Shown here one piece after another: positions 10,369 through 19,900 of a stretch of 64,000 nucleotides of DNA. The DNA comes from Bacillota bacterium. Its GTDB lineage: Bacteria > Bacillota > SHA-98 > UBA4971. Below the pieces are notes generated by a model. That model had not been told where the DNA came from, searched no databases, and worked only from the letters and a program-made list of their open reading frames with translations. The translations under genes and the position numbers were made by a program. The stretch lies in NCBI GenBank assembly GCA_012842395.1, contig DUSX01000029.1, positions 109 to 64,108 of the forward strand, read 5' to 3'. The stretch's first letter is position 1; every line of letters starts with the position of its first letter.

Positions 10369-11040
10369 GTGAAAATCGTAGTCGGCTCAACGAATCCAGT
10401 AAAGGTCCGGGCGGTTCGCAGGGTGTTTACCCGGGCCTTTCGGGATAAGAACGTCAAGATCGAGGTTGAAGGCGTCAATGTGGACCTGGGCCTACCGGAC
10501 CAGCCCCTGGGCGATGACGAGACCCGGAGGTGTGCCGTTGCCCGCGCCGCGCACGTCCTTGCGACCACCGACGCAGACGTCGGCGTGGGCCTCGAAGGCG
10601 GAGTTGCGTTTGAAGGCGCCGGAGGCTGGCAGTTAAGGGGAGGGCGCGATGCTGGGGCCGCGGCCGATGAGGCGGCGCTTGAAGCAAGTGAGACGTGTGA
10701 AGCCCATCTCATAGGGTGGTGCGCCATAGCTACGCGCGACGGGGTCCTCTCGGTGGCGCACGGCGCCTCGATGCCTCTGCCTCCGGCTGTGGGGAGCGAG
10801 GTGGCGGCCGGACGCGAGCTCGGCCCGGTGATGGACGAGCTCACGGGGGTACACAACTCCAAACAGAAGCTGGGCGCAATAGGCTACTTCACATGTGGGC
10901 TGCTTCCCCGCCAGAGGTCTTGGGAGTACACGATAACGTGTGCTCTGGTGAAGCTCCTTCGCCCCGAACACTACCGCCACCGCCCCGGGCACCACGGCGA
11001 GGCTAGTGGTCTGGCGGGGCAGGATAGGCGATCGAGCTAG
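10369..11040 (+). CDS. Inosine/xanthosine triphosphatase (YjjX/DUF84 family)
   Basis: KIVVGSTNPVK, DQP, GVGLEGG, ELGPVMD, KQKLGAIGYFT motifs. Confidence 0.9.
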   Translation: MKIVVGSTNPVKVRAVRRVFTRAFRDKNVKIEVEGVNVDLGLPDQPLGDDETRRCAVARAAHVLATTDADVGVGLEGGVAFEGAGGWQLRGGRDAGAAADEAALEASETCEAHLIGWCAIATRDGVLSVAHGASMPLPPAVGSEVAAGRELGPVMDELTGVHNSKQKLGAIGYFTCGLLPRQRSWEYTITCALVKLLRPEHYRHRPGHHGEASGLAGQDRRSS

Positions 11041-11228
11041 GCGGCGTGCCGTCACGCGGCTGGCCGTGCTGTGTGTTCCGCGCCCCGGCGTATTCACCCC
11101 TCTAGCTGGTCATCCTCGCCCCGGCCGGTCGGAAGAGCATCTCCGCACTCACCTTGGCTTGACCGACGAGAAGGCACAAAGCATAAAATCTCGTTCTCGT
11201 GGCACCCTTTTGTGTGGAGGTGATGAGA

Positions 11229-11540
11229 ATGGGCAGGATAACTGGGGTGAAGTGCTCGGTGAGCGAGTGCGCTTACTGGGGCTCGGGAAACGTGTGCGAG
11301 GCTGACGCCATCGAGGTGGACAGGAATCCTGTGCTGCGAAGCGGCGCAAGGGACTTCGGCATGGAAGTCGGCCGAATCGGCGAGCGTGGGGAAGCCCGCG
11401 GCCGGGCCCGCGCGACCGATGTGGAGGTCGGGCGAATCGGTGAACGGGGCGCCGCGGCCGGCACCGACTTGACGGTTTCGGCGTCGGAACACACCATGTG
11501 CAAGACGTTCAAGCCCAAAGCCGCTGGGTACACGCGGTGA
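11229..11540 (+). CDS. DUF1540 family small Cys-rich protein
   Basis: VKCSVSECAYWGSGNVCEADAIEV...TMCKTFKPK; GGAGG RBS; internal duplication EVGRIGERG x2. Confidence 0.8.
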   Translation: MGRITGVKCSVSECAYWGSGNVCEADAIEVDRNPVLRSGARDFGMEVGRIGERGEARGRARATDVEVGRIGERGAAAGTDLTVSASEHTMCKTFKPKAAGYTR

Positions 11541-11701
11541 TTTTCCCTCCCATTCTTGGCGGTCCTCTCGGGAACACGGCGAGCCAGCGGTAGAGCGATA
11601 CAGTGGGTGTCGACAGCCGGGCGCGGACCTTGCGCCCGGCTAGCTCATCTCGGACGCCTGCGGGCGCTCGAGCCCTCTCGGGCCCTCCGCTCCCCGTGTC
11701 G

Positions 11702-11730
11702 TTGACACGCTTTGGGTCCAGGAATATAAT
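11702..11730 (+). promoter_or_regulatory. SigA promoter of speE
   Basis: TTGACA-N17-TATAAT perfect consensus. Confidence 0.85.
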
Positions 11731-11782
11731 AGCGGCGCAGGAAACCTAGGGTTCGGCCCAAGGCGAAGGAGGAGGCGGTGAA

Positions 11783-12673
11783 TTGGAGCTCTGGTTCACC
11801 GAACGGCAGACTCCGGGCCTGGCGTTGTCCATGAAGATCGCCCGGACCATCTACCACGAGACCAGCAAGTACCAGGACATTGCGGTTCTCGAGACCATTG
11901 ATAACAAAAGAGTGCTCGTGCTCGACGGATGCGTCATGACCACCGACCTGGACGAGTTTGTATACCACGAGATGATCACCCACGTGCCGCTCTGCACCCA
12001 TCCTTGTCCCCGGAAGGTCCTTGTCGTCGGAGGGGGTGACGGCGGCACGATGCGCGAGGTCCTAAAGCACGAGTCGGTGGAGAACGCTGTGCTCGCCGAG
12101 ATAGACGAGGGGGTCATCGAGGTCAGCCGGCGGTATCTTCCTCACCTCTCGAGTTCGCTTCAGGATCCCAGGTGTCGGATAATGGTAGGCGATGGGGCGG
12201 AGCACGTGAGGTCGCATCCCGGGGAGTACGACGTCATCATTTGCGACTCGACAGACCCCGTGGGCCCCGGGGCCGTGCTTTTCTCTGAGGAGTTCTATCG
12301 CGCTTCGTACGCCTCCCTCACCGGCGAAGGGGTATTCTGTGCCCAAATGGAGTCGCCCTTCTTCTACGGCGAACTCATAAGGCGCGCCGTTTGCGACCTT
12401 CGGCGGGTCTTCCCCGTCGTACGGCTTTACCTCGCCGTGGTTCCGTCCTACCCTGGGGCACTGTGGAGCTTTGTGCTCGCGTCGAAGAAGCAAGACCCGG
12501 TCCGCGACGCGCGTGTCACGAACCTGAAGACGCGTTACTACACGCCCGAGATCCACAAAGCCGCGTTCGTGTTGCCGAAGTTCGTCGAGGAGCTCATAGG
12601 GCCGCGGGAGCCGTCGAGCATGCCGGACGGGGCGGCCCTCGCGCAAGGCGGCCAAGGGTCCGCGGGTCCGTGA
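11783..12673 (+). CDS. speE: Spermidine synthase (polyamine aminopropyltransferase)
   Basis: MELWFTE, DEFVYHEMITHVP, VLVVGGGDGG, YDVIICDSTDP, YYTPEIHKAAFVLP. Confidence 0.95.
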   Translation: MELWFTERQTPGLALSMKIARTIYHETSKYQDIAVLETIDNKRVLVLDGCVMTTDLDEFVYHEMITHVPLCTHPCPRKVLVVGGGDGGTMREVLKHESVENAVLAEIDEGVIEVSRRYLPHLSSSLQDPRCRIMVGDGAEHVRSHPGEYDVIICDSTDPVGPGAVLFSEEFYRASYASLTGEGVFCAQMESPFFYGELIRRAVCDLRRVFPVVRLYLAVVPSYPGALWSFVLASKKQDPVRDARVTNLKTRYYTPEIHKAAFVLPKFVEELIGPREPSSMPDGAALAQGGQGSAGP

Positions 12674-12704
12674 GCGGCCGCAAACGGGGGTGGGGGGTGA
12701 CGGG

Positions 12705-13298
12705 GTGCCAAGGGAGCTTTCTGACATAAAGGAGCTTCTTGCCGAGAAAGACATGCGACTTACCCCGCAGCGGGAGGCGATTCTGCGGGTTCTAGTGAAA
12801 GGCGCAGACCTACACCTCTCTGCCGACGAGATATACCGCCGCACCAAAGAGGAGTGCCCGGACATCGGCCTCGCCACCGTGTACCGGGCTCTCGACATCT
12901 TCGAGAGCTTGGGCATCATCCACAAGCTGCAGTTCGGAGAGGAAGGAAGTCGTTACGAGTTCAACCCGGAGTTCGAGAAGCATTATCACCATCACCTCAT
13001 ATGCCTGAGCTGTGGCGGCATCTTCGAGTTCAACGAGGACCTTCTCGACGATATAGAGGAAGCCATCTCGGAGCGTACCGGCTTCCAGGTCGTGGACCAC
13101 AGTCTCAGGGTCTACGGGTACTGCCGCAACTGCCGCATGGCCACCACGGCCGGGGGCGCGCGTGATGGTGCCGAGGCCCGGGGCGCGGCCCAGGCGCAGG
13201 CGGGTTCCCACTCCCGATCCGGGCGCGGGGATGGGAGTTCCCCACGGGAAGGCGATGCAGGCAACGAAGGTGTAGCAAACACTCGTGGTAGGGAATAA
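12705..13298 (+). CDS. Fur family transcriptional regulator
   Basis: RLTPQREAIL, HLSADEIY, IGLATVYRAL, HHHLICLSCG, YGYCRNC; directly upstream of the feo genes. Confidence 0.93.
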   Translation: MPRELSDIKELLAEKDMRLTPQREAILRVLVKGADLHLSADEIYRRTKEECPDIGLATVYRALDIFESLGIIHKLQFGEEGSRYEFNPEFEKHYHHHLICLSCGGIFEFNEDLLDDIEEAISERTGFQVVDHSLRVYGYCRNCRMATTAGGARDGAEARGAAQAQAGSHSRSGRGDGSSPREGDAGNEGVANTRGRE

Positions 13299-13516
13299 CA
13301 TATCGTTGTCGCACCTCATAGGTGGAGAGTCGAGAGATGCTCCCGCCTCTTTGGGACGGGCGGAGGGTGCAGAAATGCTCATGCCCCTTGCGGGCGGGTG
13401 GACGGTGCAGAAGTGCCGTCCTGCTCGCAGCGGCGTCCTCGCGTGCAACATTGGCAGTCTCTCATCTACTGAAGATGGGGCAAGGGCTGACGCATCCTCC
13501 CATAGGGGGAGGCTCC

Positions 13517-14158
13517 GTGCGCCGAAGGAAGCTCGCCATTATCGGGACCCCCAACGTCGGGAAGAGCGTGCTCTTTAACGTCCTAACGGGCGCATACGCC
13601 ACCGTGTCAAACTACCCCGGGACAACTGTTGAGGTTTCGCGTGGCCTTGCCAGGATTCGCGGCATCCCGTTCGAAGTCATAGATACGCCCGGCACGTACT
13701 CGCTAGTGCCCATGACCGAAGAGGAACGCGTCACGCTTTCGCTTCTGCTCTCTGAGGAAGTCGATATCGTGGTGCATGTGGTGGACGCGCGCAACCTCCG
13801 CAGGATGCTTCCGCTCACCTTGCAGCTAATCGAGGCCGATCTCAAGCTGATCCTCGACGTGAACATACTGGACGAGGCCGAGCGCATAGGGATATGGATA
13901 GACATCCCGGGCCTCGAACGTGAGCTTGGTGTGCCTGTGGTCGGGACTGTGCTCACGCGCGGTCTCGGGGTGGACGCTCTGAAGGATAGGGTGGCTGGAT
14001 GTGTCCAGGGCATCTCGAGCGTTTCCGGGGCGTTCGGCGTCGGGGGTGCCTCCGGCGTCCCGGGCGCACCGGGCACCTCTGGCGTCCACGGCGCTCCGCG
14101 CCGCGCCTGCGCTCGCCTCGGAGCGTGTCGCGGACCTGATAGCGCGCGCGGCGCGTGA
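13517..14158 (+). CDS. feoB: FeoB N-terminal GTPase domain (separate ORF)
   Basis: GTPNVGKS, VSNYPGTTVE, DTPG; GGAGG RBS before GTG 13517; ends in a low-complexity tail. Confidence 0.85.
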   Translation: MRRRKLAIIGTPNVGKSVLFNVLTGAYATVSNYPGTTVEVSRGLARIRGIPFEVIDTPGTYSLVPMTEEERVTLSLLLSEEVDIVVHVVDARNLRRMLPLTLQLIEADLKLILDVNILDEAERIGIWIDIPGLERELGVPVVGTVLTRGLGVDALKDRVAGCVQGISSVSGAFGVGGASGVPGAPGTSGVHGAPRRACARLGACRGPDSARGA

Positions 14159-15566
14159 GATCGAGGCCGAGCTCCATGGGCGTTACTCAATGTCCCGGAA
14201 GGCCATCGCGCTGCTGCTTCTTTCCGGCGCCAAGGATGTCCACGCCCTCGTGCGCCGCAGCGAGGGCCGCGAGCGTTACGAGCGGATCCGCGCGATCGTG
14301 GAGTCCACCGCAAGCTGCTGCGACCTCCCTCTGTCATACCTCATTGGGATTGAGCGACAAGGGAGAGCGGACGTCATTGCCCGCCGCGTGACCAGGACGG
14401 CCGCGCGTCGTGGCCGGGGGCGGAGTTGCGCTGCGCGGGTTCTGGATTTCGTCACGCTTTTCCCCCCGACGGCCGTGCCGCTGCTTCTCTTGGTACTTTA
14501 CTTCGGGCTCTACCGGTTTGTCGGAACGTTCGGCGCGGGCACACTCGTGGACTTCCTTGAAAGACGGGTGTTCGGCGAGATCGTGAACCCCGCCGTGAAT
14601 GCGTTCGTGGCACGGCACATAGCTAGCGTCAGCCTAAGGGAGCTTATCGCCGGTGAGTACGGCCTCATCACGTTGGGGCTTCGCTATTCCGTGGCGATCG
14701 TGCTGCCCATCGTGGGCACGTTCTTCCTGATGTTCTCGGTCCTCGAGGATACGGGCTACCTGCCGCGGCTGGCCCTCATGGCCGATGCTGCTTTCAAGCT
14801 GGTGGGCCTGAGCGGACGCGCGGTGATCCCGATAACGTTGGGCTTCGGCTGCGGCACGATGGCCACGATGGTGACACGCACTCTCGAGACCAAGCGGGAG
14901 AGGACGATCGCCACCTTGCTCCTTGCGCTGGCGGTGCCATGTTCGGCGCAACTCGGCGTGATCCTGGGGATGCTGGCGACGAGGCCGCGGGCGCTTCTCC
15001 TGTGGGTTGGCGTAGTGGGAGGTACCTTCCTGGCCGCCGGGTACGCATCCTCGCGGTTCATTCCCGGGGAGAGGCCGGTCTTCTATATGGAGGTGCCCCC
15101 GCTCCGGGTGCCCGTCGCCTCGAACGTGCTCACCAAGACTTTCACCCGGATGAAGTGGTACTTCTTTGAGGTGATGCCGCTCTTCATGGGCGCGAGCATT
15201 GTGATCTGGCTCGGCAGGATGACAGGCTTGTTCCAGCTCGCGCTCAGGTTACTGGAAGTGCCGGTGAGGCTCATGGGCCTTCCGCCCGAAGTGGCGTCCG
15301 CGTTCCTATTTGGGTTTTTCCGCCGGGACTATGGCGCGGCGGGGCTTTACGATCTGGTGGTCGCAGGCAAGCTGACCGGCCCCGACCTCGTTGTGGCGTG
15401 CGTGGTCCTTACGTTGTTCGTCCCGTGCGTGGCCCAGTTTGCCATGATGTGGAAAGAACGGGGCTGGCGCGTGGCGCTTGCCATCGCAGGGCTAGCCGTT
15501 GGAGTCGCTTTTGCCTGGGGTTGCGTGCTCAATCTCGTCTTGACGTGGAGCGGCCTGGCGTTATGA
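14001..15566 (+). CDS. feoB: FeoB helical and membrane (Gate) portion; start uncertain, possibly frameshifted from the GTPase ORF
   Basis: LEDTGYLPRLA, LGFGCGTMA, LAVPCSAQLG, FFRRDYGAAG, TLFVPCVAQ. Confidence 0.85.
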   Translation: MSRASRAFPGRSASGVPPASRAHRAPLASTALRAAPALASERVADLIARAAREIEAELHGRYSMSRKAIALLLLSGAKDVHALVRRSEGRERYERIRAIVESTASCCDLPLSYLIGIERQGRADVIARRVTRTAARRGRGRSCAARVLDFVTLFPPTAVPLLLLVLYFGLYRFVGTFGAGTLVDFLERRVFGEIVNPAVNAFVARHIASVSLRELIAGEYGLITLGLRYSVAIVLPIVGTFFLMFSVLEDTGYLPRLALMADAAFKLVGLSGRAVIPITLGFGCGTMATMVTRTLETKRERTIATLLLALAVPCSAQLGVILGMLATRPRALLLWVGVVGGTFLAAGYASSRFIPGERPVFYMEVPPLRVPVASNVLTKTFTRMKWYFFEVMPLFMGASIVIWLGRMTGLFQLALRLLEVPVRLMGLPPEVASAFLFGFFRRDYGAAGLYDLVVAGKLTGPDLVVACVVLTLFVPCVAQFAMMWKERGWRVALAIAGLAVGVAFAWGCVLNLVLTWSGLAL

Positions 15567-15928
15567 GCGCGGGAGGATGGAATGGCGCAGGCGGCGCTAC
15601 CGGCCCGACAAGCGGGGCGAGGATATTCCGCGTTCGAAGCGGCACAATAATCCGCGAGGGCCGCGGGCCCACGTGTGAGCTTGCAGCACTCATGGTAGGC
15701 GAGCGCGGGCGGGTGGTGCGCGTCAAGAGCGCAAACGCGCGGCTCCTCCAGAAACTCCTTGCCATGGCCGTCCTTCCTGGGAGCGAAGTCACGGTGAACC
15801 TGACGTTCCCAGCGTTCGTCCTCGAGGTTGGGAACACGCGGGTTGCCATCGACCGCTCCATCGCGCGACAAATCGAGGTCGAGCGGTTGACGCGCTTGGA
15901 TGGGCGGCCTCGCAACGCAGGTGGATGA
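15563..15928 (+). CDS. feoA: FeoA family protein
   Basis: GERGRVVRV...LQKLLAMAVLPGSEV...VGNTRVAIDRSIARQIEV; ATGA overlap with the feoB stop. Confidence 0.85.
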   Translation: MSAGGWNGAGGATGPTSGARIFRVRSGTIIREGRGPTCELAALMVGERGRVVRVKSANARLLQKLLAMAVLPGSEVTVNLTFPAFVLEVGNTRVAIDRSIARQIEVERLTRLDGRPRNAGG

Positions 15929-16410
15929 CGAAAGGCTTGTTCCTCACAGGGCTTCGATCCCTCCTGGCCTCTGTCCTTGCGTCGGGGGCGGCTTTTTTGT
16001 TCAACAGGGCGGCATCGCGAGGCGGGCGGCCGGGTCCGCTTCTGGCGTTCGTCCTCGGCCCGGGCGTGGAGGAGACCGCGAAGACGGGCTTCGCGCTGGC
16101 GATGGCGGCGCCCGTCCTAGCGGTGCACCTCGGTTTCGGCGCGGTTGAGGCGGTGTATGACGCTTCAGCATGGCTCTGGCACGGGCCCGACCCCGAGCCC
16201 GGGCCGGAGGGCGAGCCTGCCTCGTTATCGGCGCGCGGGCTTGCGGCGGGGGCCATGAGCCTCTTGAGCCACGCCGCCTTCGGCGCTGTGACCCAGGCGG
16301 TGCTCACCGTCACGCTCGAGCCGTTGTTCGCGGTGGCCGCGGCCGTGCTCGCGCATGCCGCCTGGAACCTAGCGATAGTGGCGCTGGTTGGTGCGGGCGG
16401 GCGCCTGTAA
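15925..16410 (+). CDS. Hypothetical membrane protein, PrsW/CPBP-like motifs
   Basis: GPGVEETAK, GFGAVE, LSHAAFG, LAHAAWN; hydrophobic. Confidence 0.6.
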   Translation: MTKGLFLTGLRSLLASVLASGAAFLFNRAASRGGRPGPLLAFVLGPGVEETAKTGFALAMAAPVLAVHLGFGAVEAVYDASAWLWHGPDPEPGPEGEPASLSARGLAAGAMSLLSHAAFGAVTQAVLTVTLEPLFAVAAAVLAHAAWNLAIVALVGAGGRL

Positions 16411-16416
16411 GCGCGG

Positions 16417-16485
16417 CGCGAACCCAGCGACGGCTCCATGGGCTTCAACTGGGCCGAGAGGCGACATCACATTTGGGCCGAGGCG
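16417..16485 (+). repeat. ~65-bp dispersed repeat (family 2), copy 1
   Basis: CCCAGCGACGGCTCCATGGGCTTCAACTGGGCCGAGAGGCGACATCACATTTGGGCCGAGGCG closely matches 29174-29234. Confidence 0.8.
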
Positions 16486-16512
16486 GTGCCCTGGGACCCG
16501 GCGGAGGCGGAA

Positions 16513-16542
16513 TTGACTTAGTTTCGTCTGGGATAATATAAT
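16513..16542 (+). promoter_or_regulatory. SigA promoter upstream of the mfd leader
   Basis: TTGACT-N18-TATAAT. Confidence 0.65.
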
Positions 16543-16578
16543 GAAGCGCGGGCAAGAACAGAAAACACCGGCGTCGGC

Positions 16579-16617
16579 AGGGCTTTAGACGGGGTGTTGG
16601 GCTTCTAAAGCCCTTTT
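16579..16617 (+). terminator. Intrinsic-terminator-like hairpin in the mfd leader
   Basis: AGGGCTTTAGA...TCTAAAGCCCT followed by TTT. Confidence 0.55.
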
Positions 16618-16922
16618 CGGCATGGGCATTTACAGCCCTGTCTTTCTTCTCTCGCACTCGGGCGCGCCCAAGGCTGCGCCCTGGGGCGCGGGGGAGCGGG
16701 GAGCGGGGGGAGGCGGAGACGCGTGCGGGCCTTCCCCGGCCGCTTGGCGCCTGCGTGCCCTCGCTCTTGACCGACGCGCTCGCGGCCGGCGCGGCGCACG
16801 CCGACGCGCCTTGACCCGCGGGATACCCGTACGTGCGGCTGAGGCGCGGACGAGCCCGACGCGGACGAGCCTGATGTGAGTGGCGGTCCCACTGTGAATG
16901 ACGGTCCCAGGAGGAGTGCTTC

Positions 16923-19900
16923 TTGAACAGCTTTCTCTCAGTGCTCCGGGAGTCTCCCGAGTTCGCCAACATCGCCTCTGGTCTCGAGAGAAAGACCCCT
17001 TCCCAGGTGGTTTTGGGGCTTGGCGGGTCGATGAAGAGCTATGTCCTTGCTGCCCTGTACCGGGCCGTGCCCGGGCGTCCGTTCATCGTGGTGACGTACA
17101 GCCCGCAGCAGGCCGGGAGGCTTGGGGAAGACCTCGCCACGCTGCTTTCGCCGGCGGAAGTGATGAGCTTTCCAGCACTCGAGCTGTGGCCTCACGAGGA
17201 GGCCAGAGAGAGCGCCGACGTGCTGTCCCAAAGGCTTGCCGTCAAGGCGTGCCTTTCCAGGGGCAGGCGGGCTCTGGTGGTAGTACCCGCGAGGGCCTTC
17301 GCGAGAAGGCTCGTGCCGGCAGAGGTGTTCTCGGAGTTCTCACTGACCCTCAAAACCGGCGAAAGGCACGACAGGGATTCCCTCATTACCCGTTTCGCTG
17401 GAATGGGTTACGAGAGGGCGGAACTCGTGGAAAGGCGCGGGCAGTTTTCCGCGAGGGGCGACATCCTCGATGTCTTTCCCCCAGACTCCGCGTCGCCCCT
17501 ACGAATTGAGTTCTTCGACGACGAGATCGACTCCATTAGGGAGTTCGACCCGGCGAGCCAGCGGTCGAGCCGCGAGGTGGACCACGCGAGCCTCGCGCCG
17601 GCGCGCGAGTTTTTGGTCTCGCAAAACGCCCGCGAGGCAGGCCTGGCCCGCATCGAGGCTCAAGCCGCCGCCCAGTGTAAACGACTCGAGGGGCTCGGGC
17701 GCGTGACCGAGGCGAGGTCGCTTCGCGACCGGACCGATTCCGCCCTCGAAAAGCTCCGTGAAGGTCTCACGTTCGACGGCGAGGACCAGTACGCTCCGGC
17801 GTTCTACGGACGGCTCGGCACGATTCTCGACTACGCCGCTGACCCGGTGGTCGTCGTGGATGAACCCGCGCGCCTACGGGAGGCGTTCGTTGGCTTCGAG
17901 GCTGAGGTGCGCGAGGCGTACGCGACCCTCCTGGAGGCCGGAAGGGTGCTTCCGATGGAGGTCTCGCTCTTTGCCTCCGCCGAGGAGGCCATGGCGTGCC
18001 TTGGTCGCTACCAGCGCCTGGAATTCGTGCTCCTGGCCCGGGGCACGGATATCAGCAACACAGACCGCGTCAGGTTGTTTTCCGGGAAGCCTGCGAGTCC
18101 CTACCACGGCAAGTTCGACTTGCTCGTGAAGGACCTCAAGGCCTGGCGCAGGAAAAAGCACCGGGTGGTCGTGGTCGTCAGCACTGAAGACCGCGCTCGG
18201 CGGTTCCGTGAGGTCATGGTGGAGAACGGCATCGAGGCCACCTGCGTGCCGTCCATCACCGATGAGGTCAAGCCGGGGAACGTCATCGTGAGTGCGGGTT
18301 CCCTCGAGAGCGGCTTCGAACTTCCCTCACTGCGACTTGTGGTGCTCACCGATGCCGAGCTCTACGGGGCGGAGAGGCGCAAGCGCAGGCTCCCGCAGGC
18401 TCAAAGCGCGGGATCGCGGCTCGCTGCGTTCACGGACCTTAGGCCGGGCGACTACGTGGTGCACGTGGCGCACGGCATAGGGAGGTACATGGGCATCAAG
18501 ACGCTTGAAGCCGCTGGTGCGAAGCGTGATTACCTGCTGATCCAGTACGCCGGGGAGGATAGGCTGTACGTACCCACAGACCAGATCGGTCTTCTGCAAA
18601 AGTACATCGGTCCCGAGGACTCCCCGCCCAAGCTCTACAAGCTGGGCGGGACCGAATGGAGCAGGGTGAAGGCAAAGGTTAAAGAGTCCGTCCGCGATAT
18701 GGCCCGGGGGCTTCTCGAGCTCTATGCAGCGCGCGAGGCTATACGCGGGCATGCGTTCAGCCCTGACACGCCGTGGCAGAAAGAGTTCGAGGACGCGTTC
18801 CCTTACGAGGAGACCCCGGACCAACTTAACGCGATCGCCGAGGTGAAGGCGGACATGGAGAAGCCGAGACCTATGGATCGGCTTCTCTGTGGAGACGTCG
18901 GGTACGGCAAGACCGAGGTCGCGATCCGAGCGGCCTTCAAGGCCGTCATGGACTCGAAACAGGTAGCAGTCCTCGTGCCCACGACGATCCTGGCTCAGCA
19001 GCACTTCACCACCTTCAAGGACAGGTTCGCGGGCTACCCGGTTCGGATCGCCGCGCTATCGCGATTCCAATCAGAGGCGGAGCAGCGCGATATCCTGAAG
19101 GAGCTGCGCAGGGGCGGGATAGACATAGTCATCGGCACCCACCGGTTGCTTCAGCCGGACGTGAAGTTCCACGACCTCGGCCTCGTGGTGGTCGACGAGG
19201 AGCAAAGGTTCGGGGTCGCACACAAGGAGTTTTTGAAGGAACTAAGAAAGAGCGTGGACGTTCTTACATTAACGGCGACTCCAATCCCGAGGACGCTTCA
19301 CATGGCTCTTACTGGCGTCCGAGATATGAGTGTGATCGAAACGCCTCCCGAGGATAGGTTCCCCGTGCGCACCTACGTGATGGAGCACGACGATACGGTG
19401 ATCCGCGAGGCGATCGTGCGCGAGCTCGCCAGAGGCGGCCAGGTGTATTACGTGCACAACCGCGTACAGACCATCGATTCCGCGGCGATGTTCCTCGCCC
19501 GGCTCGTTCCGGAGGCCAGGATCGGGGTAGCTCACGGCCAAATGCCGGAGGACAGGCTGGAAGAGGTCATGCTCAAATTCATGGATCGCGAGTACGACGT
19601 GCTGGTTGCTACGACCATCATCGAGAACGGGCTCGATATACCTAATGTCAACACGCTCGTGGTGACAGACGCGGACATGCTCGGCCTGGCCCAGCTGTAC
19701 CAGCTGCGGGGGCGGGTGGGGCGAAGCAACCGTGTGGCATACGCATACTTCATGTACCGTAGGGACGGCGTTCTGTCCGAGGTTGCGGAGAAAAGGCTCT
19801 CGGCGATTCGCGAGTTCACGGACTTCGGGTCGGGCTTCAAGATCGCCATGCGTGACCTCGAGATCAGGGGTGCCGGCAACCTCCTCGGCGCCGAGCAGCA

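Noticed and set aside
11181..11210. Forespore SigF/SigG-type promoters upstream of DUF1540, spoVT and the SDH protease
   Set aside because: GCATA/GAATA -35 boxes are present but the -10 matches are too weak to call
13285..13320. Fur box upstream of feoB
   Set aside because: GGAATAACATATCGTTGTC matches only about half of the GATAATGATAATCATTATC consensus
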